A stretch of 49,798 nucleotides of DNA from Candidatus Bathyarchaeota archaeon. Lineage in GTDB: Archaea; Thermoproteota; Bathyarchaeia; Bathyarchaeales; Bathycorpusculaceae. The DNA is taken from positions 1 to 49,798 of the forward strand of contig CAWGZR010000008.1 in NCBI GenBank assembly GCA_963827165.1. Reading direction: 5' to 3'. Below are positions 8,953 through 18,184 of the stretch, piece by piece (within the stretch, counting starts at the first letter, position 1; each line of letters opens with the position of its first letter). A program made the position numbers and the translations under genes. The notes under the pieces were generated by a model, which searched no databases, was not told where the DNA came from, and was given only the letters and a program-made list of their open reading frames with translations.

Positions 8953-10128
8953 ACGGGAACATCCCAGACCTTTACGATTAAGTACGTTGTACTTGCTAGA
9001 TTCGAAATAGAAGGTGTTGTAGAAAAACCCGATGTGATCGGCGCAGTTTTCGGGCAAACAGAAGGACTTTTTGGACCCGAACTTGACCTACGCGAACTGC
9101 AAAAGACAGGACGCATCGGACGAATCGAAATCGACCTCCACTCAAAAAACGACCACACCACAGGTGCAATAACCATACCCACAAGCCTCGACAGAGTTTC
9201 AACAGCGCTAATTGCCGCAAGCATCGAAAGCATAAACCGCGTCGGCCCATGCTCCGCCAAAGTCAGCCTAGAAAAAATCGAAGACATACGAGAAGCACGA
9301 CGAAAAATCATAATTGATCGCGCCAAAGAAATCCTACACAAATGGAACATCGAATCGATGCCAAGCGTCGAAGACGTATACAAAGAAATCTCAGACACCA
9401 TGAAAGTAGGCAAAGTGGAGAAATACGGTCCAGAAGACCTACCAGCTGGTCCAGGATTAGACGCAGCCAAAGAAATCATAGTTGTAGAAGGGCGAGCAGA
9501 CATAATCAATTTGATGCGTTGCGGAATCTTCAACACCGTAGCTCTTGAAGGCGCCAAAGTTCCAGAATCAATAAAGAAACTCACCAAAGAAAAAAGCGCC
9601 ACTGCACTGCTTGACGGCGACAGAGGCGGCGACCTAATACTAAAAGAGCTCCTGCAAGTCACGAACATAAAATATGTCGGTCGCGCACCCCGGGGCAAAG
9701 AAATCGAGGAATGCAACTGCAAAGAGGTAAACGAAGCTCTAGAAAACAGAGTCCCAATTGCAGAAGCAGCAGGCAAACCACAGCCGCCAGCACCAACACC
9801 AAAAAAGATCCCCGAACCCGTCAAAATCGAGGTTCCAGAACCAGTCGCCCAAGCCGCAAAAACACTACAAGGAACACTTGAAGCCATTTTGCTAAACGAA
9901 AAACTCGAGCAGGTTGAACGTTTACCTGTAGCCCAACTGGCAGAGAAACTCCAGCAGGTTACAGGCATTGAAACAGTTGTCTTCGACGGCATCATCACAC
10001 AGAGAATCGTTGACATAGCCGGCGAGAAAAACATCAGACGCATCGTTGCCTCAAGAATCTCCGAAGCAGTAAAACCAGCCTTAAATGTTGAATTGGTAAC
10101 TTTCCAAGAGGCCGTTCCAGCAGCTTAA
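8953..10128 (+). CDS. dnaG: Archaeal DnaG-like primase (Toprim; exosome-associated in archaea)
   Basis: KYVVLARFEIEGVVEKPDVIGAVFGQTEGL, DLRELQKTGRIGRI, IVVEGRAD, LLDGDRGG, FDGIITQR; conserved N-terminus extends upstream of GTG 9034, start tentatively ACG 8953. Confidence 0.93.
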   Translation, partial: TGTSQTFTIKYVVLARFEIEGVVEKPDVIGAVFGQTEGLFGPELDLRELQKTGRIGRIEIDLHSKNDHTTGAITIPTSLDRVSTALIAASIESINRVGPCSAKVSLEKIEDIREARRKIIIDRAKEILHKWNIESMPSVEDVYKEISDTMKVGKVEKYGPEDLPAGPGLDAAKEIIVVEGRADIINLMRCGIFNTVALEGAKVPESIKKLTKEKSATALLDGDRGGDLILKELLQVTNIKYVGRAPRGKEIEECNCKEVNEALENRVPIAEAAGKPQPPAPTPKKIPEPVKIEVPEPVAQAAKTLQGTLEAILLNEKLEQVERLPVAQLAEKLQQVTGIETVVFDGIITQRIVDIAGEKNIRRIVASRISEAVKPALNVELVTFQEAVPAA

Positions 10129-12522
10129 AAATAATCCGTTAAGCTCTTGATTTCCTTAGCTTCTTTCTTTTCTCCAGAAGCCAGTTGTTTTTCTTTCACC
10201 CCGAAAAACGAAAGTATCCGAGCCGCTGCAGGAACCACTTGGTTATTTATGTAGTAATCGACATCTACCTCATCATACTTCGCGAAGACATAGGGCTTGA
10301 CACGGCTATAGAATCGTCCGGTGCCAGACAAGATGACAAAACCTACTTTGTCGCCGCCAGCCAGCCGCCAACCTTTTTCCTTAAGCATTTTCGCAGCCTC
10401 AACATGCGGAGACCGAATAGCATATCGTTCCGGTGGCTTAGTTAGGGTCTTCCAAATTATGAGGTCTCGGAAAGGAACCGTTCTGTTTTGGAGTTCAGCC
10501 ACCATTTTATGCACATATTCGACAGCGTTCTTCGCGGATTTTTCCCGAAGGATTATTCCAAGCACATTCTCCTGCACATCTTTAGCTACCTGAGCCCAAT
10601 CTCCCCGCACAACTTCTAACCCAACAATGTCCAAGCTGCCGTCTGCCCTCAAACCAGCATACCTTTTTTTAGCTTCCGTGAAGAAGACACGTTTGTAAAC
10701 CTCGCTTACTTCAACCTCAAGACCCAGTTCTTTGCCTATTTCCTTTTGTAGCTCAAGCAGGTTCTTTTCGTCATTAGTTAAGAATAAGCTGTCTGTGTCG
10801 CCGTAAATGACTGTTAAGCCTTTGCTTTCAACCATTTTGGACGCAGTAAGAATCGTGTATCTGCCCCATGCTGAAGCTGCCTCAGCCACAGGTTTGATGT
10901 ACCATCTTGCGCCAGTCCACCCCGCGTACCCGTAAGCTGCGTTCGTTATGACTTTCACAGCTTTTTGCCTCGCATCCAAAACGCTGAATTCCACTGTGCC
11001 GGAGTGTAATGCCTTCATCTGAACCCTAATTTGGCTCCTGACCTGTATCAGAAAAATCAAAGCTTCCTTGTAAAACCCTGGCGGTTCTTTTCGAAATCTA
11101 TGGTTTACTTCTGGCGCTTGATACACCCCGCCTTTAGGTTCCGGCGCTTGTGGAGGAACGTAGGTGTCAGGGGACAGATTGTATCTTATCATTATGTTTG
11201 GGTACATTGATTTGAAATCTAACACCGCTATGTCGTCGTGCAAGCCAGGCTTCGGCTTTAGCACAAGCCCGCCAGCATAGGGCCTGTAAGGCTGCTCAAC
11301 CCGTCTTGGGACCAGCTCGCCGATTTTGCGTGTCTGCTTAATCAGGAACCATTCCACCCGAAAGCCAACTGCCGCAGTCATCACGTGGTCAAGCGGCAAA
11401 CTAACCAAACTCGAAAGCTCCACCGCAAAATCCAGCAGCAACAGGGAGGCGCCTTGAATTTTGCGAGCGTTGTTGAGGCTGAACAGTTTAAGCTGCTCCC
11501 TCTTATGCGGGGCATCCCAGTAATCGGCAAAGTCTACATCTTCAATTTCGCGTCCTGAAGCATCTTTTGTAGCGCCGAGGTGATCGAGCTAGATTGGCAA
11601 GGGTTTGAACTTTCACTTCGGGAAAAACATCCATGAAGTCGGCGAGGTCAACGTTAGCTACGCCTGTGAAGGACACGTGGCCGTAAACGCTTGTATGTGG
11701 TTCTTTCTTCGCTCGGTCAACGTCGAATGTTCTCTGCAGCCGGCGACTACGCTTCGTAAGGTAATCCCAATGTTTTGAGTTGCCGCCGAAACTCAGGATG
11801 ATGTCGGGATCAAATCGGCACACGTAGTCAACGAACTGCTCAATGAGGGGTTTGTCGTCTCTGTCTTCATCTGCCAGGAACTGTTTTTCTTCGCCGTTGC
11901 TTGCGGAAGTAGATATTATCACTACTGGGTTTCTCTCTGGTTTTGGCGATCCTTCACGACTGTAGCTTACCATCGAGAAACTTAAGGTTCGGAGGCTCGG
12001 TTTCTCAAGACCGTCAAGCTGTTTCGGAGAAGAGCATGCAGCATAAACTTTGTCGACTCTCACTTTAGGCGCAGCTTGCTCTTCCTCAGCCTCCACTTCA
12101 AGCCAGGTGCTCGGGGACACCTCGTTATCAATCAGGTACTGCATTGGAACGCGAATATCATCTTCGAGGCAATCCTCCACTTCTTTTAGACCGCGAAGTT
12201 GCCGCGCAAGCTTCCCCGCCTCATTCGCAGCCTTGCAATATACTTTTATTGCCTGCACAGGTTTGCCGAAGAAGCGACGTTCCAGAACCTCGGTCTTCAC
12301 GATTGATCCTTGACATACATTGATGATTTCCTTTTCAATCGAGAGGGGATAAAATCCTTCTTTCACCACAACGTAAAAGTAAGCAGCGAAGTTTCTGTCA
12401 ATAACCAGTACCCTGTTTCCATGTGTGTCAATCCCCCAAAGCCACAATTCAACAGGTTTCCCCTCCACGGATCGGGGATTAATGTCCAGCATCCAAAACT
12501 TGATTTTCAAAGGCCTCGCCAT
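10125..12522 (-). CDS. polB: Family B DNA polymerase (PolB3-like) with degenerate proofreading motifs; one frameshift at ~11587
   Basis: DFKSMYP, RQKAVKVITNAAYGY, YGDTDS, KKRYAG, C-terminal PIP-like KSLTDYF; ORFs 11542..12522 and 10125..11441 join via LANLADHLG...YWDAPHKR. Confidence 0.92.
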
Positions 12523-13004
12523 TAGAAACTAGATGCTTTAATCCTTTAAACTTTCAACATATGCCTTCATCTTACGCTTCTAAAGTAGTTAGCTTTCGGT
12601 TGAGGTAAACGGATCTTTCTGGCGCAATTTTTTTTCGTATTTTTTTTATTCTTTTCTAGATGGTTCTATATGTAACCTACAGCTAAATCAAACCCGAATT
12701 TAACAAGCTTTTCTTTGATAATTTGGTTCAATTTAGAAATTCAACGATTATTCCCTGCTTAGAAGAAAGTAAAGTTGGTCTCATGAATTTTGCATTCATA
12801 AAGCTTTAAAGATAAATTCTGTTCTTCTTGAATTGGGTTCAGAGGGAAATGCAGTTGATGGTTCGCCATCACATTTTGCATATTCCGCACAACTCTGAAC
12901 CCGCCCTGCAATTACATAAAATCTAGGGAGTTAGCAGTTTAGCAATATCGCTTTCCTTGTCGTATATCCATCTATTTGCTTCGGAAATTCAAAGCACTGA
13001 AAGT

Positions 13005-13035
13005 TGAAAAAATCCGCGGGAACATTTACACTCGT
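13005..13035 (+). repeat. 31-bp direct repeat, copy 1
   Basis: TGAAAAAATCCGCGGGAACATTTACACTCGT versus the copy at 13335. Confidence 0.7.
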
Positions 13036-13123
13036 TCATACTAAAGCAGGGTACGGCTGAAAAACTTAATCCCGCATTCATAAAATCTATTTATGTGTTA
13101 AGTCAAACTGCTTTCGATTCAAA

Positions 13124-13252
13124 ATGAGACGTAAACAAAAGGTTGAAAACTGCAGTGAGCTCCCAGTTACTATCGACTTATTAGATTTAAACATCGTCGA
13201 CATCGTTGAACAAGTTGTTGAGGAAGCCTTAATTAAAGAACCGAAGAAATGA
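13124..13252 (+). CDS. Possible 42-aa small protein
   Basis: ATG ORF MRRKQKVENCSELPVTIDLLDLNIVDIVEQVVEEALIKEPKK, TTTATG about 30 nt upstream; no recognised homology. Confidence 0.35.
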   Translation: MRRKQKVENCSELPVTIDLLDLNIVDIVEQVVEEALIKEPKK

Positions 13253-13334
13253 AGAAGAAAAGCTTAACTTCTTCTATAACTGGCAGAAAAGTTTCTAAGA
13301 ACTAAACGCAGCAGTAATTTTGCTGAATTCAATC

Positions 13335-13365
13335 TGAAAAAATCCGTGGGGAATACTTCACTCGT
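13335..13365 (+). repeat. 31-bp direct repeat, copy 2
   Basis: TGAAAAAATCCGTGGGGAATACTTCACTCGT; 24/31 ungapped identity to 13005..13035. Confidence 0.7.
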
Positions 13366-13466
13366 CGTTGATGTTCTATCTCACTCGGAAAGAATCCCGG
13401 GCAGCAAGCCCGAGCAATGCGCAGAGCGCCATAAGCACAGCGGTTTTATTTTGTATTTTTTAGATC

Positions 13467-13539
13467 TTTTGGTACGTTTCGAGATGTTTTGGGCGACTAG
13501 TTGAAACTAATCCGAGACCCAAACCAAAAAAGCAACCCA
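13467..13539 (+). repeat. 73-bp dispersed repeat, copy 2
   Basis: Same orientation as 8614..8686; TTTTGGT/ACCAAAA and TTTGGG/CCCAAA arms. Confidence 0.8.
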
Positions 13540-13667
13540 AACCGCCTTGTTCAATAACGCCATACAAAAAATTTCGCTCCACAAAAGACGCCAGCACTAT
13601 TACACAGAACCTCGCTGCAAAATCGTTAGTTTTAAGTTGATGCCTGAGAGTTATTTTTTGAAGTTTT

Positions 13668-14594
13668 ATGATTTCAGATGAGGTTCTGATTGAGGCGAAG
13701 GGTTTAACCAAGGTGTACGGCGACATCACCGCAGTGGACCATATCGATTTTAAAGTTTACAAAGGCGAATGCGTCGGTTTTCTAGGTCCTAACGGCGCGG
13801 GCAAAACAACGACAGTGCGCATGATTTATTGTTTTCTTCCGCCGACTTCAGGCGAACTTAAAGTTGCAGGCTTAAGCGTCACGAGCCAGTGCAGACAAAT
13901 CAAAGGCTTGGTTGGCGTGGCGCCTCAAGAGGACAATTTAGACCCTGATTTCACAGTTATCAAAAACCTCACCGTTTACTGCCGCTATTTCGACATTCCC
14001 AAAGAAGAAGCGCTAAAGCGGGCGAAGGAGCAACTGAAGTTTTTTCAGCTTGAGGAAAAGAGAGATGTGCAGATTGGTGCTTTGTCAGGAGGCATGAAAC
14101 GCCGCCTCATATTTCCTAGAGCTCTGATTAATCAGCCTCAGATTTTGCTTTTGGATGAGCCAACCACGGGTTTGGATCCGCAAGCGCGTCATTTGGCTTG
14201 GGATGAAGTTCGCAATCTCAAGAAGAAGCAGGTTACCATAATTTTGACAACACATTACATGGATGAAGCCGAGGCACTGTGCGATAGAATACTCATAGTT
14301 GACAAAGGCAAAATCATTGAGGAAGGCAAACCCTCGGAGCTTGTGAAGAAGCATGTTGGCGAAGAGGTTTTAGAGGTTGACTACGACGAGAAGCTGCTGC
14401 CCGCACTAAAGGCGGCTTTTTCAGGCGGGGATTTTGAGCGGTTGGGTGATCGGCTGCAAATCTTTACAGATAAGCCGCACGGCGTTTTCGAAGGGTTCCT
14501 TAAGGATCATCCGATGCCGAACGTAACTATACGGACCGCTAACCTTGAGGATGTATTCCTAAAGTTGACAGGTAGGGGGCTAAAGGAAGAGTGA
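13668..14594 (+). CDS. ABC transporter ATP-binding protein (NodI/DrrA-like)
   Basis: GPNGAGKTT, LSGGMKRR, LLLDEPTTGLDP, TTHYM. Confidence 0.93.
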   Translation: MISDEVLIEAKGLTKVYGDITAVDHIDFKVYKGECVGFLGPNGAGKTTTVRMIYCFLPPTSGELKVAGLSVTSQCRQIKGLVGVAPQEDNLDPDFTVIKNLTVYCRYFDIPKEEALKRAKEQLKFFQLEEKRDVQIGALSGGMKRRLIFPRALINQPQILLLDEPTTGLDPQARHLAWDEVRNLKKKQVTIILTTHYMDEAEALCDRILIVDKGKIIEEGKPSELVKKHVGEEVLEVDYDEKLLPALKAAFSGGDFERLGDRLQIFTDKPHGVFEGFLKDHPMPNVTIRTANLEDVFLKLTGRGLKEE

Positions 14595-15439
14595 CGAGCC
14601 CGAACCTGCGTAAGTCGCCCGCTCGATTCGCTATCCCAAAGTTGACTTATCGTGTTTGGAAGGTTTGGCGCCGCAACTTTGACGTTTTCACCAAAACCAT
14701 CACCGTCAACTTTTTTCCCTCGCTGCTTGAACCTATCCTGTACTTGCTGGCTTTCGGCTTAGGTTTAGGCGGCTACATTTCGAGCGTTCTGGGTCAGCCG
14801 TATCTTGTGTTTATTTCGCCTGCTTTGATTGCGATCGCAATTATGAACGGCGCTTTCTTTGAATGCACCTTCGCCTCGTTTGTCCGCATGTATTTCCAGA
14901 AGACTTTTGACGCAATCGTCGCTACGCCAATAAGCGTTGAAGAAGTTGTTGCGGGCGAGCTGCTGTGGGGAGCGACCAGAGCCACGATCAACGCAACCAT
15001 TGTGCTCGCCGTGATAGGAGCAGTAAGTTTAACCTTCAAACCTCTAATTCTTACGCCTCTGTTTCTGTTAGCGATACCCTTGTCTTTCGTGGGCGGACTA
15101 ATGTTTGGCTCCATTGCCATGTGCTTCACAGCTGCAGCGCCTAACATCGACTTCTTCAACTATCCATCTTTTCTTTTCCTGACTCCGATGTTTTTTCTCT
15201 GCGGGACCTTCTTCCCTCTGTCTCGCCTCCCCCAAGCTGCACAGGGAATTGCTATGGCGATTCTGCCTCTGACCCACGTCGTTAACATCGCCCGCGGTGT
15301 TATCTCAGGCAAAGTCGAGCCGATACTCGGACTCAGCACACCCGTCATACTCGCGATAAGCACGGCTTGGATAATTGTAGTGACCATATTCTTCTTCATA
15401 CTGAGCATAAATTTGATGAAGAAAAGACTAACAAACTAG
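14591..15439 (+). CDS. ABC-2 type permease (NodJ-like)
   Basis: About 6 TM; LLEPILYLLAFGLGLG, FLCGTFFPLSRLP, LPLTH; overlaps the ATPase by 4 nt. Confidence 0.9.
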   Translation: MTSPNLRKSPARFAIPKLTYRVWKVWRRNFDVFTKTITVNFFPSLLEPILYLLAFGLGLGGYISSVLGQPYLVFISPALIAIAIMNGAFFECTFASFVRMYFQKTFDAIVATPISVEEVVAGELLWGATRATINATIVLAVIGAVSLTFKPLILTPLFLLAIPLSFVGGLMFGSIAMCFTAAAPNIDFFNYPSFLFLTPMFFLCGTFFPLSRLPQAAQGIAMAILPLTHVVNIARGVISGKVEPILGLSTPVILAISTAWIIVVTIFFFILSINLMKKRLTN

Positions 15440-15714
15440 GAATAGCGAATGCGGCGCTTTTGCAGTGTTTTTTGTTGCAAAAATAGCAGGGCCCATTTTC
15501 AATCTCTGATGTAAAGAGGGGTATCTCCGAGACTTTCGTGAAAACTGTTCTTCATGTTTGAGCTGCTTTCTTGAAATAAAGCTTGGATTGGCTACAAAAG
15601 TAAGCTAAAATACGGTAAAAAAGGCAATGCCAGTCAACAGCAAACAAAAGTCAAAGAAAGACAACAGAAGTCTAGAATGCTCTTTAGCTTCCTTCAAGAT
15701 GAGGAGTAAGAAAA

Positions 15715-16227
15715 CTAAATTCTAATTTTTGCCCGGACTCTGGGCACAATTTCCTTCTGCGCCTGCGCAATGCCATACGCGGTTATCCTGAACTTTTCTT
15801 CAGGCGTTTTCGCCAACACCCCATTCTTCACCAACTCGCCCAGCCGCGTGCTAACTATCTTTGCACTTTTCCCAAGCTTTGTCTGCAACTCCTCCTTTGA
15901 CACAGCGTCACTACCCAACATGCCGAGTTCGTGCCCCAAATATTGAGCCGTCAACCAAATCGACAACGCCTCGTTATCCGTCAACTTATTTTTTGGCGCC
16001 ATTAAACTTGCCCCGTCGCCTGAAAACGCAACCAACCCGTCCAGGTCTCTGGCAAGCTGCTTAAGGTCAACGTTTAGCCAAAGTTTGCGTGCAATATCAA
16101 AGCTTGGAATGAACTCTTTAAAAAACTGATTTAGCAGAAGCCAAGCTTCCTGAGGTTCAGCTGAAAACCCCTGCGAAATGTCTCTGTATTTGATTTGGAT
16201 CTGGATTTTCTCTGGTTTTTCGCTCAA
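15715..16227 (-). CDS. Hypothetical protein with C-terminal winged-helix; paralogue of 16224..16712
   Basis: SKEELQTKLGKSAKIVSTRLGELVKNG...FRITAYG wHTH pattern. Confidence 0.75.
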   Translation of the reverse strand: MSEKPEKIQIQIKYRDISQGFSAEPQEAWLLLNQFFKEFIPSFDIARKLWLNVDLKQLARDLDGLVAFSGDGASLMAPKNKLTDNEALSIWLTAQYLGHELGMLGSDAVSKEELQTKLGKSAKIVSTRLGELVKNGVLAKTPEEKFRITAYGIAQAQKEIVPRVRAKIRI

Positions 16228-16712
16228 GCCATCTTGCCTCGAAGCTTCGTTAAGACCTCGTCTTCAACCCATTTCTCGCCCTGAATCGTCAGCTTAAAAT
16301 CGGGTTTGTTCGGGTCAGGCTTGAAAACTTGCCCGCGCTTAGTCATCTCGTTAAGTCTTGCGGGAACCATGCTTTTTATGCCGCTGGACTCCAAAAGTCT
16401 CTGAATCTGCGCCGCCGTGTTCTTCCGCTCTGTAGAAGCGTACATAACCAACCCCACCGCCTCGTAATGTGTCAGGTTTTCCCGCGTCACAATCACGGGT
16501 CCTTCAGTGGTGGCTTCAATAATGCCTTTAAGCTGCGCCCCAGACGGCGTCAACCGATCAGAAACAAAATCCGAAAGCTTCTCCACAAAATTCTCAGGAA
16601 TAAGCCCCAGCATATCCAGAATCTCCTGCGGGTTCTCCCCTTCAATAATAACTTCCCCGAAAGGAGTTTTAATCTTAGCCTCAATGCGCTTCAACAAGTT
16701 AGCCTCTTTCAT
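16224..16712 (-). CDS. Hypothetical protein with C-terminal winged-helix; paralogue of 15715..16227
   Basis: TAAQIQRLLESSG...VPARLNEMTKRG...FKLTIQG; 4-nt overlap with the downstream gene. Confidence 0.75.
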   Translation of the reverse strand: MKEANLLKRIEAKIKTPFGEVIIEGENPQEILDMLGLIPENFVEKLSDFVSDRLTPSGAQLKGIIEATTEGPVIVTRENLTHYEAVGLVMYASTERKNTAAQIQRLLESSGIKSMVPARLNEMTKRGQVFKPDPNKPDFKLTIQGEKWVEDEVLTKLRGKMA

Positions 16713-16886
16713 GTTATATGCTATATCAAGCCTTTTTAGGATTTGCGGCTCAGCGCTGCTTTTAAACCCAAAAAATCAGCTATCACGTGAACGTTCTTTA
16801 GAAGCTGCATCTATGTGAAAGGAATTAAATATTAACCATTACCAATTACAACGTTGCTTGAATTGTTTGGACGAATGGGTTAACTA

Positions 16887-18104
16887 ATGAAAGATGTTCA
16901 TAAAGCATTGACCATTGCTTTAGCGTCACGAATCTTGATTGTTGCTGTCATGGTAATTAGCAGTTTCTTATTCGCCTATGTAACCACCGCAAACATGAAT
17001 GCAAACGAGATGAGGATGCCATTTCTTGGTATGTTCATGCGATGGGATTCAGCTCACTATATGGCTTTAGCCAAAAATGGTTACCCTCTGGGATACCCGA
17101 ACGCTTCAACCTTCCCGAAAATGACGGGAACAGGCAGTCCCATGCCGTCAAAGATAGCGAATCATTTGTGGGCGTTTTTCCCCTTGTATCCTGCGGCTAT
17201 GGCGACGCTGGCGCGGATGTCTACGCCGTTTCTCAGCCTCACTTTTTTCAACATAACTCCTTCGCTGATGCTATCAGGCGTAATCATAAGTAACATCTCG
17301 TTCTTTGCAAGTGCATATTTCTTCTACAAATTAACCCAGAAACTCTTTAACCCCCGCCTAGCCATAATTGCAACAGCGTTCTATTGCTTCTGGATTGGCG
17401 GCGTATTCTTCTCGCTCATTTACACGGAAGCACTTTTTATGGCTCTGGCGCTGGGCGCATTCTATTTGCTTGAAGAAAACAAGATGCCCGCCGCGGTTTT
17501 CATTGGGTTCTTGGCGGCTTTCACGAGAAGCGACGGCTTTTTGATTTTTATTCCTTTTTTCATCTATGGGCTGCAACAGTTAGGAACTCAAAAGCGGGAA
17601 TCTTTAAAGCTTCTTTTGTCGTCCGCGGTTGTGGCTTCACCCTATCTACTTTTTAACATTGCAGGTTACTTTTTGGCAGGCGGCGTTTTTCCCGTGCAAA
17701 TAATTGCTCGTGAATCAAACTGGGGAACTTACCCGTTGTTGATTCATCAGTTTTCGGCGCCTTACTGTCCAACTTTGAACTTTCAAGCATTCGACATCTT
17801 AATCTTAGCTTTAGTGCTGTTGCCCATTGGATATTTTGTTTTCCGCACCCGAAAAGTATTTTCTGAAGAATCAAAAACTTTGGGGTACTGGGTATTCTAC
17901 GCTTCAATGGTCTTGGTTTTATTCACGAATTCCGTTGTCTCAAACATTGCACGCTACTCTGTACCCATGTTGCCTATCTACTGGGTTTTAGCTAAAGTCT
18001 ACACGAAAAACCGTTTGGTCGGGGCTGTGTTGTTTGGGTTCGTGTCGGTGATGTTGATGATAGCTGCTTATCTGCTTGAAACGGCTAACCCCTACTTCAT
18101 GTGA
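16887..18104 (+). CDS. GT-C membrane glycosyltransferase (PIG-V/mannosyltransferase-like)
   Basis: RWDSAHYMALAKNGY, AFFPLYP, YTEALF, TRSDG, RY motifs in a polytopic membrane protein. Confidence 0.82.
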   Translation: MKDVHKALTIALASRILIVAVMVISSFLFAYVTTANMNANEMRMPFLGMFMRWDSAHYMALAKNGYPLGYPNASTFPKMTGTGSPMPSKIANHLWAFFPLYPAAMATLARMSTPFLSLTFFNITPSLMLSGVIISNISFFASAYFFYKLTQKLFNPRLAIIATAFYCFWIGGVFFSLIYTEALFMALALGAFYLLEENKMPAAVFIGFLAAFTRSDGFLIFIPFFIYGLQQLGTQKRESLKLLLSSAVVASPYLLFNIAGYFLAGGVFPVQIIARESNWGTYPLLIHQFSAPYCPTLNFQAFDILILALVLLPIGYFVFRTRKVFSEESKTLGYWVFYASMVLVLFTNSVVSNIARYSVPMLPIYWVLAKVYTKNRLVGAVLFGFVSVMLMIAAYLLETANPYFM

Positions 18105-18184
18105 GCAACCAGAGCGGAAAGTCTAGCCTGTCTTATTCATCCCCAAAAAATTGGAAAAGAAAAAAGGGTCTTGAGAAAAGGGCG

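Noticed and set aside
8937-10043. 368-aa minus-strand ORF
   Set aside because: Antisense shadow of dnaG; Ser-rich with no motifs
11441-11600. Naturally split polB, intein or programmed frameshift
   Set aside because: One extra base restores a continuous PolB; no intein motifs or slippery heptamer; similar indels occur throughout the window
12856-12871. TGATGG-TTCG-CCATCA hairpin resembling the start of a fluoride riboswitch, sharing a 12-mer with 7022
   Set aside because: Downstream riboswitch elements and a fitting downstream gene are absent; shared 12-mers are expected by chance in 50 kb
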